Shown piece by piece: positions 49,301 to 62,699 of a stretch of DNA of 64,000 bases (positions are counted from its first letter, which is position 1; each line of letters begins with the position of its first letter). Made by a program: the position numbers and the translations under genes. The notes below the pieces were generated by a model that worked only from the letters and a program-made list of their open reading frames with translations, was not told the DNA's origin and did not search any database. The DNA comes from Phoronis australis (lineage: Eukaryota > Animalia > Phoronida), in the NCBI GenBank assembly GCA_002633005.1, contig NMRA01000022.1:1-64000 (forward strand), written 5' to 3'.

Positions 49301-51764
49301 CTTCACTAACGGTATAGGCATAACTTCGGGCAGCTTAACTAAAAATAAAAAATCTTTGTTTTAAAATCAGTAGAATCATAAATTTAAGAAATCGAAGTCA
49401 TGTTTGCATCAGAAATGCAGTCAATGCTACATTTTAGTTCCTTGTAAATTCCACAACTCTAAACATTAATGCTTTCGTCACATATCATACAATGTCCGGC
49501 CGACATCGCCTCTGAATTCTGTCCCCAATAATCATTAATTTATTCATCTAATCAGTGGTAGCCAACCCTAAATAGTGAATTTTTGCGCTGACGTCCAGCT
49601 GACACTCGCGATTATCTCTCGAAAATCACTCAATGTCAGCCACTGTGTCCATTTTTCTGTCAGGAATGCATGGGATTGTCGTCAGAATATTTAAGTGACC
49701 CAGGCAGTTTAACCATCAAATATTGATCTGAACAAGAATAGTTCAAAAGCTTGCTCACATCAGCTTCTCCAAACAATTGTACCACCAATTCTCATCAATT
49801 CAGAACAATGTGTCAGACAAATGAAATTCGGTTTTTCATTTTTCTAAAAGATAAATAGCACAAATAAGTCTTTATCATTTTAAGTTCTCATCATTGCAAC
49901 CATCCCACAAAGATGATCCATTTTGGCAATCATTTTTTAAATTTGGGAAACTTTTTCTTAAGCTAAGCACCAACTTGAAAGACTCAAATATCAGTGTATA
50001 ATTGCTGTGCACGAAGAGGGGTTGTTATTTTGTTGCTAATTTGGAGCATGTCATCTATGGCACTCTCGTCATTTTTCAGCTCGTTAATATCAGGCCACAT
50101 CACAGACACAAGGTGGCAAGCAAACAACATGACACAAAACAACACTGGTCACTTGAGCACTCCGAGAACTGACAGTGCGGGATGACCGTAACCTGCTTCT
50201 TGCTGCGTGTACAACTAAGCAACAGCCATACAAAATTAAAAGATGGAAAGTGAGCCTTGAAAATACATCTAATTAAAATATGGATTAGCAAATCTTTTGC
50301 GTGAACAATTCTCGATTCACTCGCCCTAAAATTACCAAAGGCGCCAGCTAAGGACTTAAATTATAAATCAGGTGGTGCCTTCCCACGTTATCGTAGATGG
50401 CGCCGGATGTTTAAGAACTAAAAACCATCATGTGATGCATTTGAAAAACTACAACAGTGTCATAGATGATAAACCCCAAATGCAGAACAACTCATCAAAA
50501 AGATTTGCGTAGTACCCTTGTACATTGCTGTAAACAAACCCAACTTGTATCTAGTTTATAGCTAGCTATGCAGGTCATCGAACAGGTAAACTAACCTCTG
50601 ATAAGCTACACATCAGATAAGGGGGGTCTAGCACACACACTCCATGCTAACTTTTGTTAACAATTAGCATGATAACTCATGGCTAAAAACATTTTCCTTG
50701 AGATTCAATTTTTCAGTAATTAAGTCAAAATACAGTTAAAATTCTCTAGTTTGAGACAGTATCTGGAATTGGGAAACAGAAATTTAAACCAATATTTTAA
50801 TCAGATGGGGACAAGGGTGATGTTGGCTTTCGTCATCGTTCTCGTTTTTGGGATATTGCTATTTGTAACAACGAAGTCTGAAAATAGACTTGACATTTCA
50901 TGTTAACCACCAGCAAAACATATTCATGCATCCCATAGCCGTGTGTAACATCGAGGCTTATGATCGTTTGTTGTTGATCGTAGTTCTCCAAATGGAGAAA
51001 CCAATATTGCATGTTTCTAAAATTTGATACAAGCTCTGACCTTAAACAAAGTAACTAATTTTTCACTGTCCCAAGAATTGTATTGTACTTGGTAGATGTA
51101 ATGACAATGAAAATGACATTATAATCTCTGTTTATCTTTGACACAATAACATTATCTTACCATACAGTGTGAACACAAAACCACAGTATTATGTGTAACA
51201 TCATTATCAGGATAACACTGTAAGTTTCGGGTCATTGCAGCTTATAATTTATTAGTTAAGTTCAACTCAAGTTTATTTTTAAGCTGAGAAGAGTCACTGA
51301 AAGGTTTTAAATAACTGGGTTTACATTAACTTTGAACAATATGACTCGAAATTTATGCTGTAAAACTCAACAACATAAATATTCTCCACACTACGCCTGC
51401 TTATCAAACTGATCCTACAGGCTAATTCAGTTGCGTGGACCTAATTTAGGGAACAATTTGGCAAATATAGGGAGCTGGTTTAAAGCACATAACATCACCT
51501 GCAGATTTTTGAAGGCAGAGTTTGGAAGTCCTGCAGTGAGCCCATTTGCAGGGAATTAAATCCTGTATACCTCACCTATAGGAACAATCTCGGAACTTCA
51601 AAGATGGCGCTGCAAACGGCTTAAACATTGAAGAACTTATTAGAAGCTTTACCTTTCTGATAAATATCTGGTCTCTCACTTAGACCTATACAATCAATGG
51701 CATTTATTTTTATCAGTTAGACCACTGTTAGCTTGTACCTCCCAGTCGAAGAAGTCTGTTTGGC

Positions 51765-51839
51765 TATATAAAGGTTGACTGCAACCCTTCTTATAAGCAA
51801 GTATCTACCGTGAACATTCCAGTTAACACCCAGGGTCAG
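51765..51839 (+). promoter_or_regulatory. Candidate TATA box and short non-coding first exon of nested gene 2
   Basis: TATATAAA at 51765-51772, followed about 70 nt later by a strong donor CAG|GTAAGC (51839/51840). Confidence 0.35.
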
Positions 51840-52422
51840 GTAAGCGACTTATAGTGCCTATCTCCAATTTTTCAAATTTTTGGATTAAGCACCCACTGTT
51901 TGGCTAAGCACCCACACTCTACTTTTGAGAAATTTCAATCAAGTGCCCGTTGCTTGGGCTAGCACTCATCCATAATTTGCTTCACTGATTTGACTCACTT
52001 CTTATTTCAAGCAAAGCTAACTATGGAATATATTACAATATATGTCACACAATATTTTGCTTTGAAATTTACCCACCTAACAGTACATCATTCGACCATG
52101 CCAAACAATGCCTCAGTTGAAGAGCGCCAAACTTTTTATACAGGATATTTTTGTAATCCATTAGCAAAATATTGAACTGTGAGCAAATACAGGGAGTTTG
52201 CATATAAATTCATCTAACTTCGCATCTTCCAACCACTCTGATGACCTTCACATGGCAACATTTGGGGGGGGTTCATTTTCAAAGTGTATCGTCCCCATTC
52301 TCATGTTGTATACTTAGCTACTCATTTACACATGTCAGCAACTAGCCATGCAATAAACCCTTTAAACTTCAGGTCTGTGGATCTTAAATTTGAATGTCAT
52401 CCATCTCTATTTTTTTCCAAAG

Positions 52423-52536
52423 GATATAAATGCTGTCAAAAATGAAGATTTAAGTTAATGCAAGAGAGTAAATCAAAAACATGAGACACTATTCCCTAAG
52501 CATTGACTGCAAGAACTGTACATGAGTTGTTTGCAG
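52423..52536 (+). other. Candidate 5'-UTR exon of nested gene 2
   Basis: Polypyrimidine-rich ...ttttttccaaAG acceptor and consensus CAG|GTAAGT donor; no useful ORF. Confidence 0.35.
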
Positions 52537-53059
52537 GTAAGTTTCTTGGAAATACATGTTCCAAGTAAAACATGAGAATCCTCACAAAAATGACAGTCAC
52601 GTGATAATAAGCAATTGTGTGACGTTTGAAGGCAATCAAGATTTTCCAGCCATCAAGGCTTCAGAAAATTTATTCTTTTAAGGGTTGAAAACAGGCGGTT
52701 AAAAATTTCTTGACTTCACAAAGGTTGACAGATTAGGATTCCTGGGTACATCGGCCAGAAACAGGACCATCGTTGAACATTAACTTTGTCATTAGCAAAA
52801 ACTGACAGCGTCTGAGATGGTTGGTATCAGAGACACAATCAACTCAGAAACCTGACACAGTATTGGATTTAAATGAGCACTTGACACCAGACACGACAAC
52901 CGGGCATAACCTACAGTACATATCTCAAAAATGGGTTACAAATCAACCCCTTGGGGGTCAAATTGCGTAAATTATTGTTGTGGCAAAATTAAATAATTAA
53001 TATCTTTTAAAATTTCCATAGCTTGTAAGCAGCAATTATTTCTAATGCATACAAGGAGT

Positions 53060-53168
53060 AATAGTCCCATGTACAACAGTATTAGTCCCATGAACACCAG
53101 TATTAGTCCCATGTACACCAGCATTAGTCCCATGTACACCAGCATTAGTCCCATGTACACCAGTATTA
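53060..53168. repeat. 21-bp minisatellite, about 5 copies
   Basis: ATTAGTCCCATGTACACCAG(C/T) units. Confidence 0.9.
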
Positions 53169-54027
53169 CTCACAACTGCGGCTGTCTTTCAGGCCTGAAA
53201 AAAGTTTTAGTGATCAGGGAGAACATATTTCTACTACTGGGTAATTAAGAGTGTCTCCTAACTGACTGCTAGAATTTGTCGGCAGGAATCAACTGGTTAA
53301 TTCCATGCAGTAAGGATCAAAGTAAGGTAGAAAACAGTGGTCTAGCAATGACTAGACTGAACAAATACAAACAGCTGGCTTACTGCATCATTTGATTAAT
53401 TAGACATCCCCATAGACACTGGGCATAAATTTACCTTTAGGGTATTCTACTGTACTGGTCCAAGTTTATGCCAAGGATATTTATAATTGTGAGTGGGCGT
53501 ATCGCTAAGCATAGGTGTTTAAAGAATAAAATAAAATGAAAACATCGGGACAAGGCATGTGTTTGTTATTCAACTCAGCGTGTGCGGGACAAAAACATGA
53601 ACTGAAATACGAAAATTTTGAGTATAATTCTCAATTTTGTGTAGACGGGCATTGCTAAAGATTCTGTGGATGCTTTCAACAAACTACTTTACTATGGCTG
53701 TGCGTTAAGGATTTGATTTTTCATAATAATTTGTACCTGTCTTGATCCATAACGTGGTGATGATAATAAATGATATACTATACTATAAACATAACTTACA
53801 TTACTATTTCATAATGGTTTTCCTTTACACCTTACAAACAGGAAAAAGCATCCGTGACGCTTTGGCAATCAAAGACAATACCCTGGATATCTAGGAATGC
53901 TAAAAAGTCTATCAGAATCCTACAGCTACGACGAATATTGACAGTGTGACAACCCAACTCAACTAAGGATTTTTATCTTGTTCTTTCAGCTGTCACATGA
54001 AACACTTCCTCTTCTCTGGTTGGAACG

Positions 54028-54561
54028 ATGAGTATAAAAGGAACATTGACCAAACAGGAGCGTGCACGATACAAGGACACTGCAAAATGGGTGGCACATG
54101 AGTATTATGACGACGTCAGATCAATCGCATCCGTGGACAGCAGACGGTACAGAATGAGAGCCTCCTACAAACACTTGCGAATGAACTATATCTTTCAAAT
54201 GCAGTCACAGGCCATCTTTCCTAAAGAGTTTGACATAATCGATAAAGGAGCCAGTTTGATCATAACATCCTCCAGCAGTCTCAAGTCGAACATCGTCGCC
54301 TGGTGGAGTGGAGCCTTGAAGGCCACTTTTCCGCAGGATTGCTTTCGTGAGAAGGGAAGTGTGATAACTTTGCGGCCTGCCCAAGGGGTGGCGCTACACT
54401 TGGATAAGAGGGATGCCACAGTGCGCATTAAAGGAAAAAACCATTGGGACTGGTTCACAGCAAATTTCGAAATGGTTCTGGAGCGAGGAAGCGAAAATGC
54501 TGCTTTCAAAAACGAGCTTGTCGGTCAGATAGATAAATTCTTGGCAATACAAGCATTTTCA
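54028..54561 (+). CDS. Nested gene 2 coding exon 1 (178 aa), includes a putative TBP-like / RNase HIII N-terminal-like domain
   Basis: Acceptor ttgttctttcAG at 53989; in-frame TGA at 53998-54000 before the ATG; long GC-richer ORF; donor TCA|GTAAGT, phase 0. Confidence 0.85.
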
Positions 54562-56439
54562 GTAAGTATTCTTAACTTGACACAGGGCCAACAACAATGT
54601 TTTATGAAAAACTGTCCTTGTGTTGGGTTTCCATGGTCTTCTAAAACAGCTAGTTGTTTTTTTTTCATAAAATTAATAGGAAAGTTCCACAATAGTTCAG
54701 ACCATAAGCCACAGATTTCTTTCATTCCCACACAGTAAAAAAAATCTGAGGCAATATTATAACAAATCGTGTAAATTACAGAACATAAACATTATATAAG
54801 TGAACACATTCCTATTTTCAGGTGACTTAATTTGAAGCTAATTTGCGATAAAGACAAGATAGAAATAACTACATGTCATTTAGTAATGACAATAGACTTT
54901 GGATGACACTAACGACACAGTCACCAATGAGCTATACTCCTGGTATAACTCATTGCACTCACCAACTGCAATATCTCATTATATAACGATGGCCTGTGTT
55001 TTCTTCATGGCTATTTAAAGCAGTAGTAGAAGTGGCCTTAAATGTTAATCGCCCAAGGATAAAACATAAATCTGCAGAGCCTGGTGAAGGCTGTTAAAAG
55101 CTGCAATTACTTAGCTATTAAAAGTTTTTTATGGCAGTTCTGGATGTTGCTAGAAAAACAGATGGAACAGTCTGTATAAGCCCACAATAATAAGGACAGG
55201 CAACTGAAACCTCACGTCCACATTTTGAAAGAAGATGAACATTTTCTCAATATGAACTGGTTAGGTTTTCACTATAAAGTCCAATTTGAAACAAAAATTC
55301 AATCAAACAATGGAGATAATACATCCTCCAGTTAGCATGGCAGATGCTATTCTACAAGAGGGCAGTCCATGATTACACAGCAACCTTAGAATCTCACGAT
55401 ACAATAAATGCATTCAGTACCCTGCTGTGATGTGGGCTGCAAATACAATGGCAGAAAGTTGAATACCTTAACTTCAGCATCCGTAGATGCAGTATTTCCC
55501 AACGTGATTCCTAGATAAAATGCTTTCTAGAACTTTCTGGGCTTAACTTCAATTATTGTACATTATAGTTTTTGTAACAAACATCCTAGATGTTTCTAAA
55601 ATGAGGTCAATGTAACTAGGTATTTTCTTACCTCAGGGCTCCCAACTGATACCAGTTTATCTGTAAGTTACTAACTTTTAAGGTCTAAAATCCTTATAAA
55701 TTATATGGGTTTTCGAATGTTAAAAATTTCAAGCATTTATCTTCAAGAAAATCAGATGAAAGTTAAAGTGTCTTCAAAATTATCAGTGTTTCAAAGCACT
55801 AAATTGGCGGAGATTGAGGCAGAAAATACCAGAAACTGACAGAAATAGTCGAGAATACAAGATCCTACCAATAAGATGTGTTCTGGGTACCACTGTATTA
55901 TGCAGTTTGCACACGAAATTTCTGTTCAGTGATTGGTCAATTGCCATAACATTGACCGACCAATAAAAAATGAGCTCACTTGCCTTTGCTTTGAAAATCA
56001 TAAGAGTGAAATTTTGGATACAAATATTATGAGGAATTGGACTACATTTAGAAAATAGGAAAAGAAATTCACAGTATTTTGTCACGCTGACTTCAAACAC
56101 TGAAAACGGCGTGGAGCAGGAATTACACAATATTGAAATTTGCTAGGTTGTGATAAAGTCAACCAAGTCAACAGCTAAAGCCAAAAACCACCAATATGAT
56201 GAGATGAGTTTTTACGGAATATTACATTTTAGTTCAAAAGGGTTTAAGATTGAAAATTGTTGTTTCGAGGTGTGTCAGTCCATTTTTCGATTGAAATTTA
56301 AACTTTCTCAAAAAGTTGGAAATCTTAGAAAAACTATGATGTACCAGATGTGTACAAGCTGCTCAGGTGAGCACATTGCACTGATCACCTGGAACCATTT
56401 AATACTTTATTAAAAGTTGAAACTGAGCTGAACAATTAG

Positions 56440-56540
56440 AGACCTAACTCAAGGGCGTACCACTGTGCCCCAGTGGTACTCGAACCCACCACCTTGAGTA
56501 AAGGAAGTGGACTCTTATCCCACCCGGCCACACTGCCTCC
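56440..56540 (-). mobile_element. tRNA-derived SINE head
   Basis: Minus strand GGAGGCAGTGTGGCCGGGTGG (A box)...GGTTCGAGTACC (B box), then GTACGCCCTTGAG body; no cloverleaf acceptor stem. Confidence 0.7.
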
Positions 56541-57885
56541 TTGGAAATCGTGCAAGTTTTCACTCGCAAAATGCAGATTTTTAACTCAAAGGTTACAGAC
56601 TATGTGTTTAATGGGCTGGCAGCTCTGCTACCTCCAGAACAAAGGTCTTTATACTGGACCGTGCTTTTAGGATACGGCCGTAATGACAAGCCATTCCAAA
56701 TAATTTACGCACTTACAGGAATTGGTCATCAGGAATTTATAGGAAATGGTAGGATGTAAGATTACCTTCGGCATGCATTGTAAAAATACCACAATGTACG
56801 AATACAATACTTCAAATTATATTCTTGCCGTTGATTGAATTTATTTTGAAAATTGAAGGTGTTCTAGTATGTTTTTTTTCCATTTTATGAGCTTCAATCC
56901 TGACAGATGCTGTACACAGCTGCTCTAACTGCTAGACTCCCACAAGTCACTGAGAGGAAATACAGAACGCAATAAATTACTTTACCTTAAACAGAAAGAG
57001 AAAAACTCAATGATGGATATTATAAGCCTGCCATTATGTAAACATCAGTAATATATTTTCCAATATAGTTTGTAATTGAGAGAATTTTTAACAAAAAACT
57101 TTTAAAATGTGTTCAGAATAGGTGTCACGCAACTATCTGAAATATGTTTAGTTCCAAAAATTATGTGTTACTTTCAGAAAAAGGAACAGTATTTCCTCCT
57201 GTATTTTTCAAAAANTCTATACTTTTGACAAAAGTTGCATGGCTGTGCCAAGTAGTCTCTAAAAGCCACCAACCAGTTTACTGAACTTGAAAACAGACAG
57301 AACTGGGTTATAAATGCAAATGCAAATAGCACAAATGCATGCAATAGTCATTATTAAATAAAATACCTTGCAACAAGTTGTCATAGTTTTCTGTCAAAAA
57401 TATTCAATGCCACCTACAGCTCACCTGTGGCTTGGGACGGAGGTACAAGGTTGTGGCATTTCACAGCATTTTTTAAATGAGCATAGATTTGCATGTTTTT
57501 TGTCACTAAGATCATGAGTCTGAGTCAGTCATTTTTCCTTGTATTCGGGCTGGGGTTGTTTATCGTTGAACTTTTGCAAATTGCAGGTCCATGGGTCAAA
57601 GCAAGTTATTGAAAGCTGGATTAACTAGTAAATAATGATTCCTGAAACATTTTTGATCCTCATGATCAATCAAATTAAAACTGCTGCTTGGGAAGACATT
57701 AAATAACACATTAAACAACTCATCCAAAAAGCCTGAAGTCGCAAAATGTCAGTGACTAAAAGAAATTGAAGTTCCACTCATTTTGCACCTCAAAGTTTGA
57801 AAATGGGTAATGCTTTCATGTCATTTTGTAGTTACAGCATATATTTGCTATTAGATTCTTAGCCATTCGTTTCTCTTGCTTTCAG

Positions 57886-58458
57886 ACCGATGACATCATC
57901 GACGAGGTGCCAGCATGTGGCGCTATCAAGAATGGGCCCGCTTTCATCTACCTGTCTTGGAAGGCGCTACTGAATGACTGGATGCAGCAAGGGGCCAGCA
58001 TCACCATAGCAACGCCTAGGCTGGATGCCGAGCGGCTCGTGGATGTTCTCCTACTCATGATTCGAAACCGAGGCTGCGGATACCATGTGAGACTGTGCAT
58101 TCAGAGGAAGTGTGACGGTGAGACAAAATACAAACAGGTCAAGGCATTGGCCAATCGGATCATTAAAAATCTGCAGGAACGCAGGCGGAGAATTGTGACG
58201 AGGGAGAAGTTGGTGTGGGCTCATGAGAATTTGGATCTGGCATTTCTGCGATTCAACTGTAGTTTCATCGGAATGGTGGTCGGGGACGAGGCAGAGATTA
58301 TGTTGACGAGTGCGTCCTTCCACAAAAGGAACTTCACGATGAACAACCGCGACACGATTAACTATAACAGGATATCTGTGAACGAGTACAGAGAAAATTT
58401 TCTTGATGCTCTCGGACTATCCTACAGTGTTATGAATGGTAAAGGTACTACACCGTAA
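57886..58458 (+). CDS. Nested gene 2 terminal exon (190 aa), phospholipase-D-superfamily-like domain with a degenerate HKD motif
   Basis: ttctcttgctttcAG acceptor, phase 0, joins 54561 in frame (368 aa total). Motifs ITIATPRLD, VRLCI and FNCSFIGMVVGDEAEIMLTSASF..RNFTMNNRD follow the PLD motif order. Confidence 0.85.
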   Translation, partial: TDDIIDEVPACGAIKNGPAFIYLSWKALLNDWMQQGASITIATPRLDAERLVDVLLLMIRNRGCGYHVRLCIQRKCDGETKYKQVKALANRIIKNLQERRRRIVTREKLVWAHENLDLAFLRFNCSFIGMVVGDEAEIMLTSASFHKRNFTMNNRDTINYNRISVNEYRENFLDALGLSYSVMNGKGTTP

Positions 58459-61265
58459 TTCTACATGGCAAGGAAATAATCTTCTCATTTTTAGTTTGTT
58501 AATAGACAAGCTGTGAAATGACCACACACTTGACTGGACACTGTTCAAAGTGATAAAATAATGTGAATGAATCAATCAGACAAAATACCAGCAAGAGCGT
58601 GACACATTCTGGTATTTTCTCAGACTTATAAGTAGACCATAAGTAAATCTTGATTACTTTATTCATTCTAGCATAATGCAAATCAGATATAACAAACCTA
58701 ACAAGTCATTAGCAATTAGTACGCATTACACACAATTTTGTGTTAGTCTAGTGATAACTGATTAGGTTGACGTAGAAAGCAGATATTCCAACTGTTTTCT
58801 CATGGTGCTTAGTTTCCTTTTTTAAAGGGATATTATAGACAAGAAAAGTGATATTTTCAGATCAGCGAAATCATACTAGTAACATTCACGGTCGCAGTCT
58901 AATGCTCTGCTGGCGGAGCTAGATCCCAGTTGATAAATGGCAGGATGATATTTGAACTTATTTAGCTGGTAGTCACCGTTCTTGACTTCAGCAAATATCT
59001 GCCAGACAATGACAAGAATTGGGGATTTGCAGTGAAGTCTCAAAAACAATGCATTTTGATGTTTTATAGTTCCAATTAAATCTATACCATCCAACAACAA
59101 TCCTACAAATGCAGTTTTCAGTTGTAAAAACCATAAGTCCCATTAAGTACAATATTCAATAAATTTTCACCATTTCGGACAGTAATAATTGCCAAAAATT
59201 GACTTTCTTCCTTTTTAAAGGATTTTGACACTGTTGTGAATGCCCGCAGCTTCTCAAAACTTTGTGTGATGGTAACTACAGTATAGAACGTGAACATTCT
59301 AATACATTTAGTTGGTGCTACTTACTTTTTATGAAAATAATAAAAAATTAATGTCATTTGTCCATCATCGATACTGAATTCTAAATTGTTGACGTAAGTA
59401 ACTACGTCAAGTGTCCGATAACAGGATCTACATATTTCCAGACGTGTGATTTCTGGTGCATAAAATGAGGAATTCGTCAATCCAAGCTAAATGAGATCAG
59501 TCTTCACCAACAAAGACCTGTCACTTCTTGTCAGTCTAAGAAATTACGGTAAAAATTCTCCTCTTTTGGACAGGGAAAATTGAATATTTTGACCAAGGCC
59601 ACAGCTTGTACCTAGTTTTAGAAATAAACGACGTTGGCAGTCCAAATTCCAGAATAACGATTACAATTAAGGATCATTCACCTCGATCTAGCACACGATG
59701 AGGACACAGGAAAATGTTGCGACGCATGAAAATGTTGCGTAGAGACTAATTTTTTAAGTCTATTTTGACACTGTGTTGATAGAAAACAATAGACTTGAGA
59801 AATGCTCTGAATGCCAAGGTCACGCATGTCCCAATCTTAAAAAAAAAATAATTGCAGGCGGTCTTGATAGTCAAGAAAATTCCAATTCGGCTTGAATTTT
59901 ATAGACAGACCCAAACTGGAGAATTTTTACCGTACTTCTAACTTGAGTCAAGGTACAAGTTAGATTGATCTTGTGTAGTTGAACTCTTCCATTTTGTGGA
60001 GGTAAAAAAGCACAGCATTACTGAGTCTCCAAAATATCAGGCACTCTTGAGTTCAATAACAAGGCATGTATATCCAGTACTGATATTTCCTCTTTTGCCA
60101 AAGTCTTGGTGTCGGCATTGCAACTCAAAATGCACAAGTCTTCCTGCATTACAGTGATGTATTAAAAAAGAATAGCCATGTCTAATACAGCAGTGTTGTG
60201 TGATGAAACACATGTTGTATGACAATAGGTGAGCTGGTGCACAGCGTTCTGCATTCTTGAATGGCTTTAATACAATGGGATATTTTCTAGCACTTTGTGG
60301 CCATCATGCCACCACTGGTGAGTGGTGGAATATAAAAATGGTTCAAACAAAAAATCCAATGTCTCAAATATGTCTACATGAAGGAAATTGCATTTCGTCC
60401 ACGTTAACTATTCAAACCTGGCTCACCAGAATTAGAAAATAGGTCAAGCCAAAGACGGGTTATGCTCTCACAAAGCTAAAGAGTAACATTTGATATGTTT
60501 CTTATTATATGGGATAGTGACAAGTTCATTTCCTTAAGAAGAACCAGGAAAAGTGCTGGACACTTGTGTTGCATTGTGGGTAAATACCTTAGAATGGGAG
60601 TGGTGCTGTGCTACTTCAGGACAGGCCTTTTAACAAGACAGGCGACTTTGGCATCCAAAGTCACTGAATGGGGGTGCAGTGGGTCTTTCAACACATAGCA
60701 TGGTGGTAAGGAAATGTTTAGGTAGCAACAGAAATCACAGACTGTGTTCTGTATGTAGGCATTACAAGCTTGGGTGAATTATGGAAATAAATCTATTAAC
60801 CATTTGTACACAAAACTGTATTAATTTATTTAGGTGATCAAAGAGATATTATGTTAAATGCAATCGCGTTGTGGAAGTTTACTTGAGATTTTGAGTGCGT
60901 GCGACCGAAAATAAAACTGGTGAGCAAAAGTTTGATTTTGTAGGCCCGTTTGGCAGGCAGGCTTTGTAAGCTGTTTTTTATGTACTTACAATGGCCAGAC
61001 TTTGCTTACCAGCACCGCACCAACCTCATGGCATTATCTGAAGGCATCTAGAGTTGGTATAATTTATAATAAGATACACTTTATATAGTTTTATACTATT
61101 TTATAGTAACAGTATTTATTAAGTGCAATCTGGATTTTGTATACTCTGTAGAAATGGCTTTCTAAAAATATAAATGTTTACCGTCTACTGCTGTTTCGCA
61201 TGTGTATTTTTACCTACCCTTTCTTTGGCAGTTATGGGCACAAAAAAGAGCAGAAATCTACTTAC

Positions 61266-61456
61266 CTCGGTAAACACTGGGACGGGCAGATCGTGTGAAA
61301 CATCCCTGAGTACATGACATTGGTCACAACAACAGATCGACCATTAACGCTGAACTTGACCTTTCCAGAATGGACCTCGTTCACTATTGGCTGGATAGAG
61401 GTCAGCAGGGAACCGGGAGTTTCTATTGGCTTGCTGATTGTGAATGGCACGATGTC
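61266..61456 (-). CDS. Host gene, module 1 exon E (DIVPFTISKPIETPGSLL...TICPSQCLP)
   Basis: tcatcaacAG / GTAAGT; 191 nt, phase 0-2. Shares PFxISKP, LL, VxGR and CPxxC with 29154-29344. Confidence 0.9.
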
Positions 61457-62699
61457 CTGTTGATGACAAGAGGATTGATCAGTACCAACGTACACCTCAA
61501 ATTCAATAAATAACCCACATACAGTGTGTAGTCTTACTGACAAGTTTAAGTGATAACAGGCTTCGGGGCACATGGGGAAAGGAGAATTTTGCCATTAGGA
61601 CCACCAAACATAGCTAGTACACCCAACCCTCACTGAAAACGAAATTTGTCCCACCTTCATTCTGAAATGAATACCTTTATCCTGTTAATCTCATAATACG
61701 AAGACAAGTCCTTTATTGAGGAACTGAACAAGCTCTCCCTTAGCTACATCAAGTCTTGGTACACTAAGATGGCTTAGACAGACTTAGCCGTACATTTACC
61801 TGTATACCACAAGTTATGCATATTTCAGGTTTCGTTGTTTACTCGTCTCAAAGGGTCATGGAACTTTGCAGAAATTGTAAATCAATGATGCTCCACACAC
61901 ATATCCACTTTCCTTATTGTTTTATTTTTGTGAATTGAACACAGTCATAACTTTGCAGGTTATTAACAGTTAGCTCCTGGACAGCCCTTAACTAGCAACC
62001 ATTTTTGTTTTTTAACCTCAGAAGTCAAGTCTTGCCCACATAAGATGAGCCACTGTAATGAACTAACAAACAGTGTTTGCTGTTTATTATCTCGTTTTGC
62101 CTTCATCCTAAAAGCTCAAGTCAATCATGAGGTGGACAATTGTGGGTTGTGTTAAACACGTCATCATATTCATACCATTCCCAGATATTCAGTGCTAAAT
62201 TTTTCAACTTACTTGTGGGGTGCACTGCTTGAAAAAAATTGATGCCGCGAGGTGAATCCTTTGTGAACGGTGTTTTTTGTGACTGAAATTTCTCATGAGA
62301 GTCATTTGTGTGATTTCTTTTGGAACAGCAAAGTTTCAAGGGAAGGCACAAATGAATGCAATTTACGTTATGGACAAAATGCAAAGCAATTTCTCAATTA
62401 TCCGTTAGTATGCTCATTTGTTGTTGCATAATGGTGACATTGTTATTATGTGGCGCCACATGCCTGAAATATTAGTAGGGACGTATTTATGTGTCTACTG
62501 ACAACAATCATAAGCGTAATTCACAAAATTTACTCATTTGTTTCTAAAATTATTTTAGAAGCAGACATTTTATAGAAAGGCTGTCTTCAATGTCCAAGTT
62601 GAGAACATGTCACATACTGCTACTTTTCCAGCATGCACTCTGTACACTTTTGAGACACCCAATAATTACAGCTCATACTTAAAAATTGAACTATATTAC

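Noticed and set aside
49081-49317. Ile-rich ORF resembling a transmembrane protein
   Set aside because: Translation of a degenerate (ATT)n microsatellite.
52972-53248. Repetitive ORFs (SISPMYT)n / (MGLMLVY)n
   Set aside because: Read-through of a 21-bp minisatellite; no splice support.
56541-56759. Plus-strand ORF inside the nested gene 2 intron as an extra exon
   Set aside because: No polypyrimidine acceptor, it abuts a SINE, and the two main exons already join in frame.
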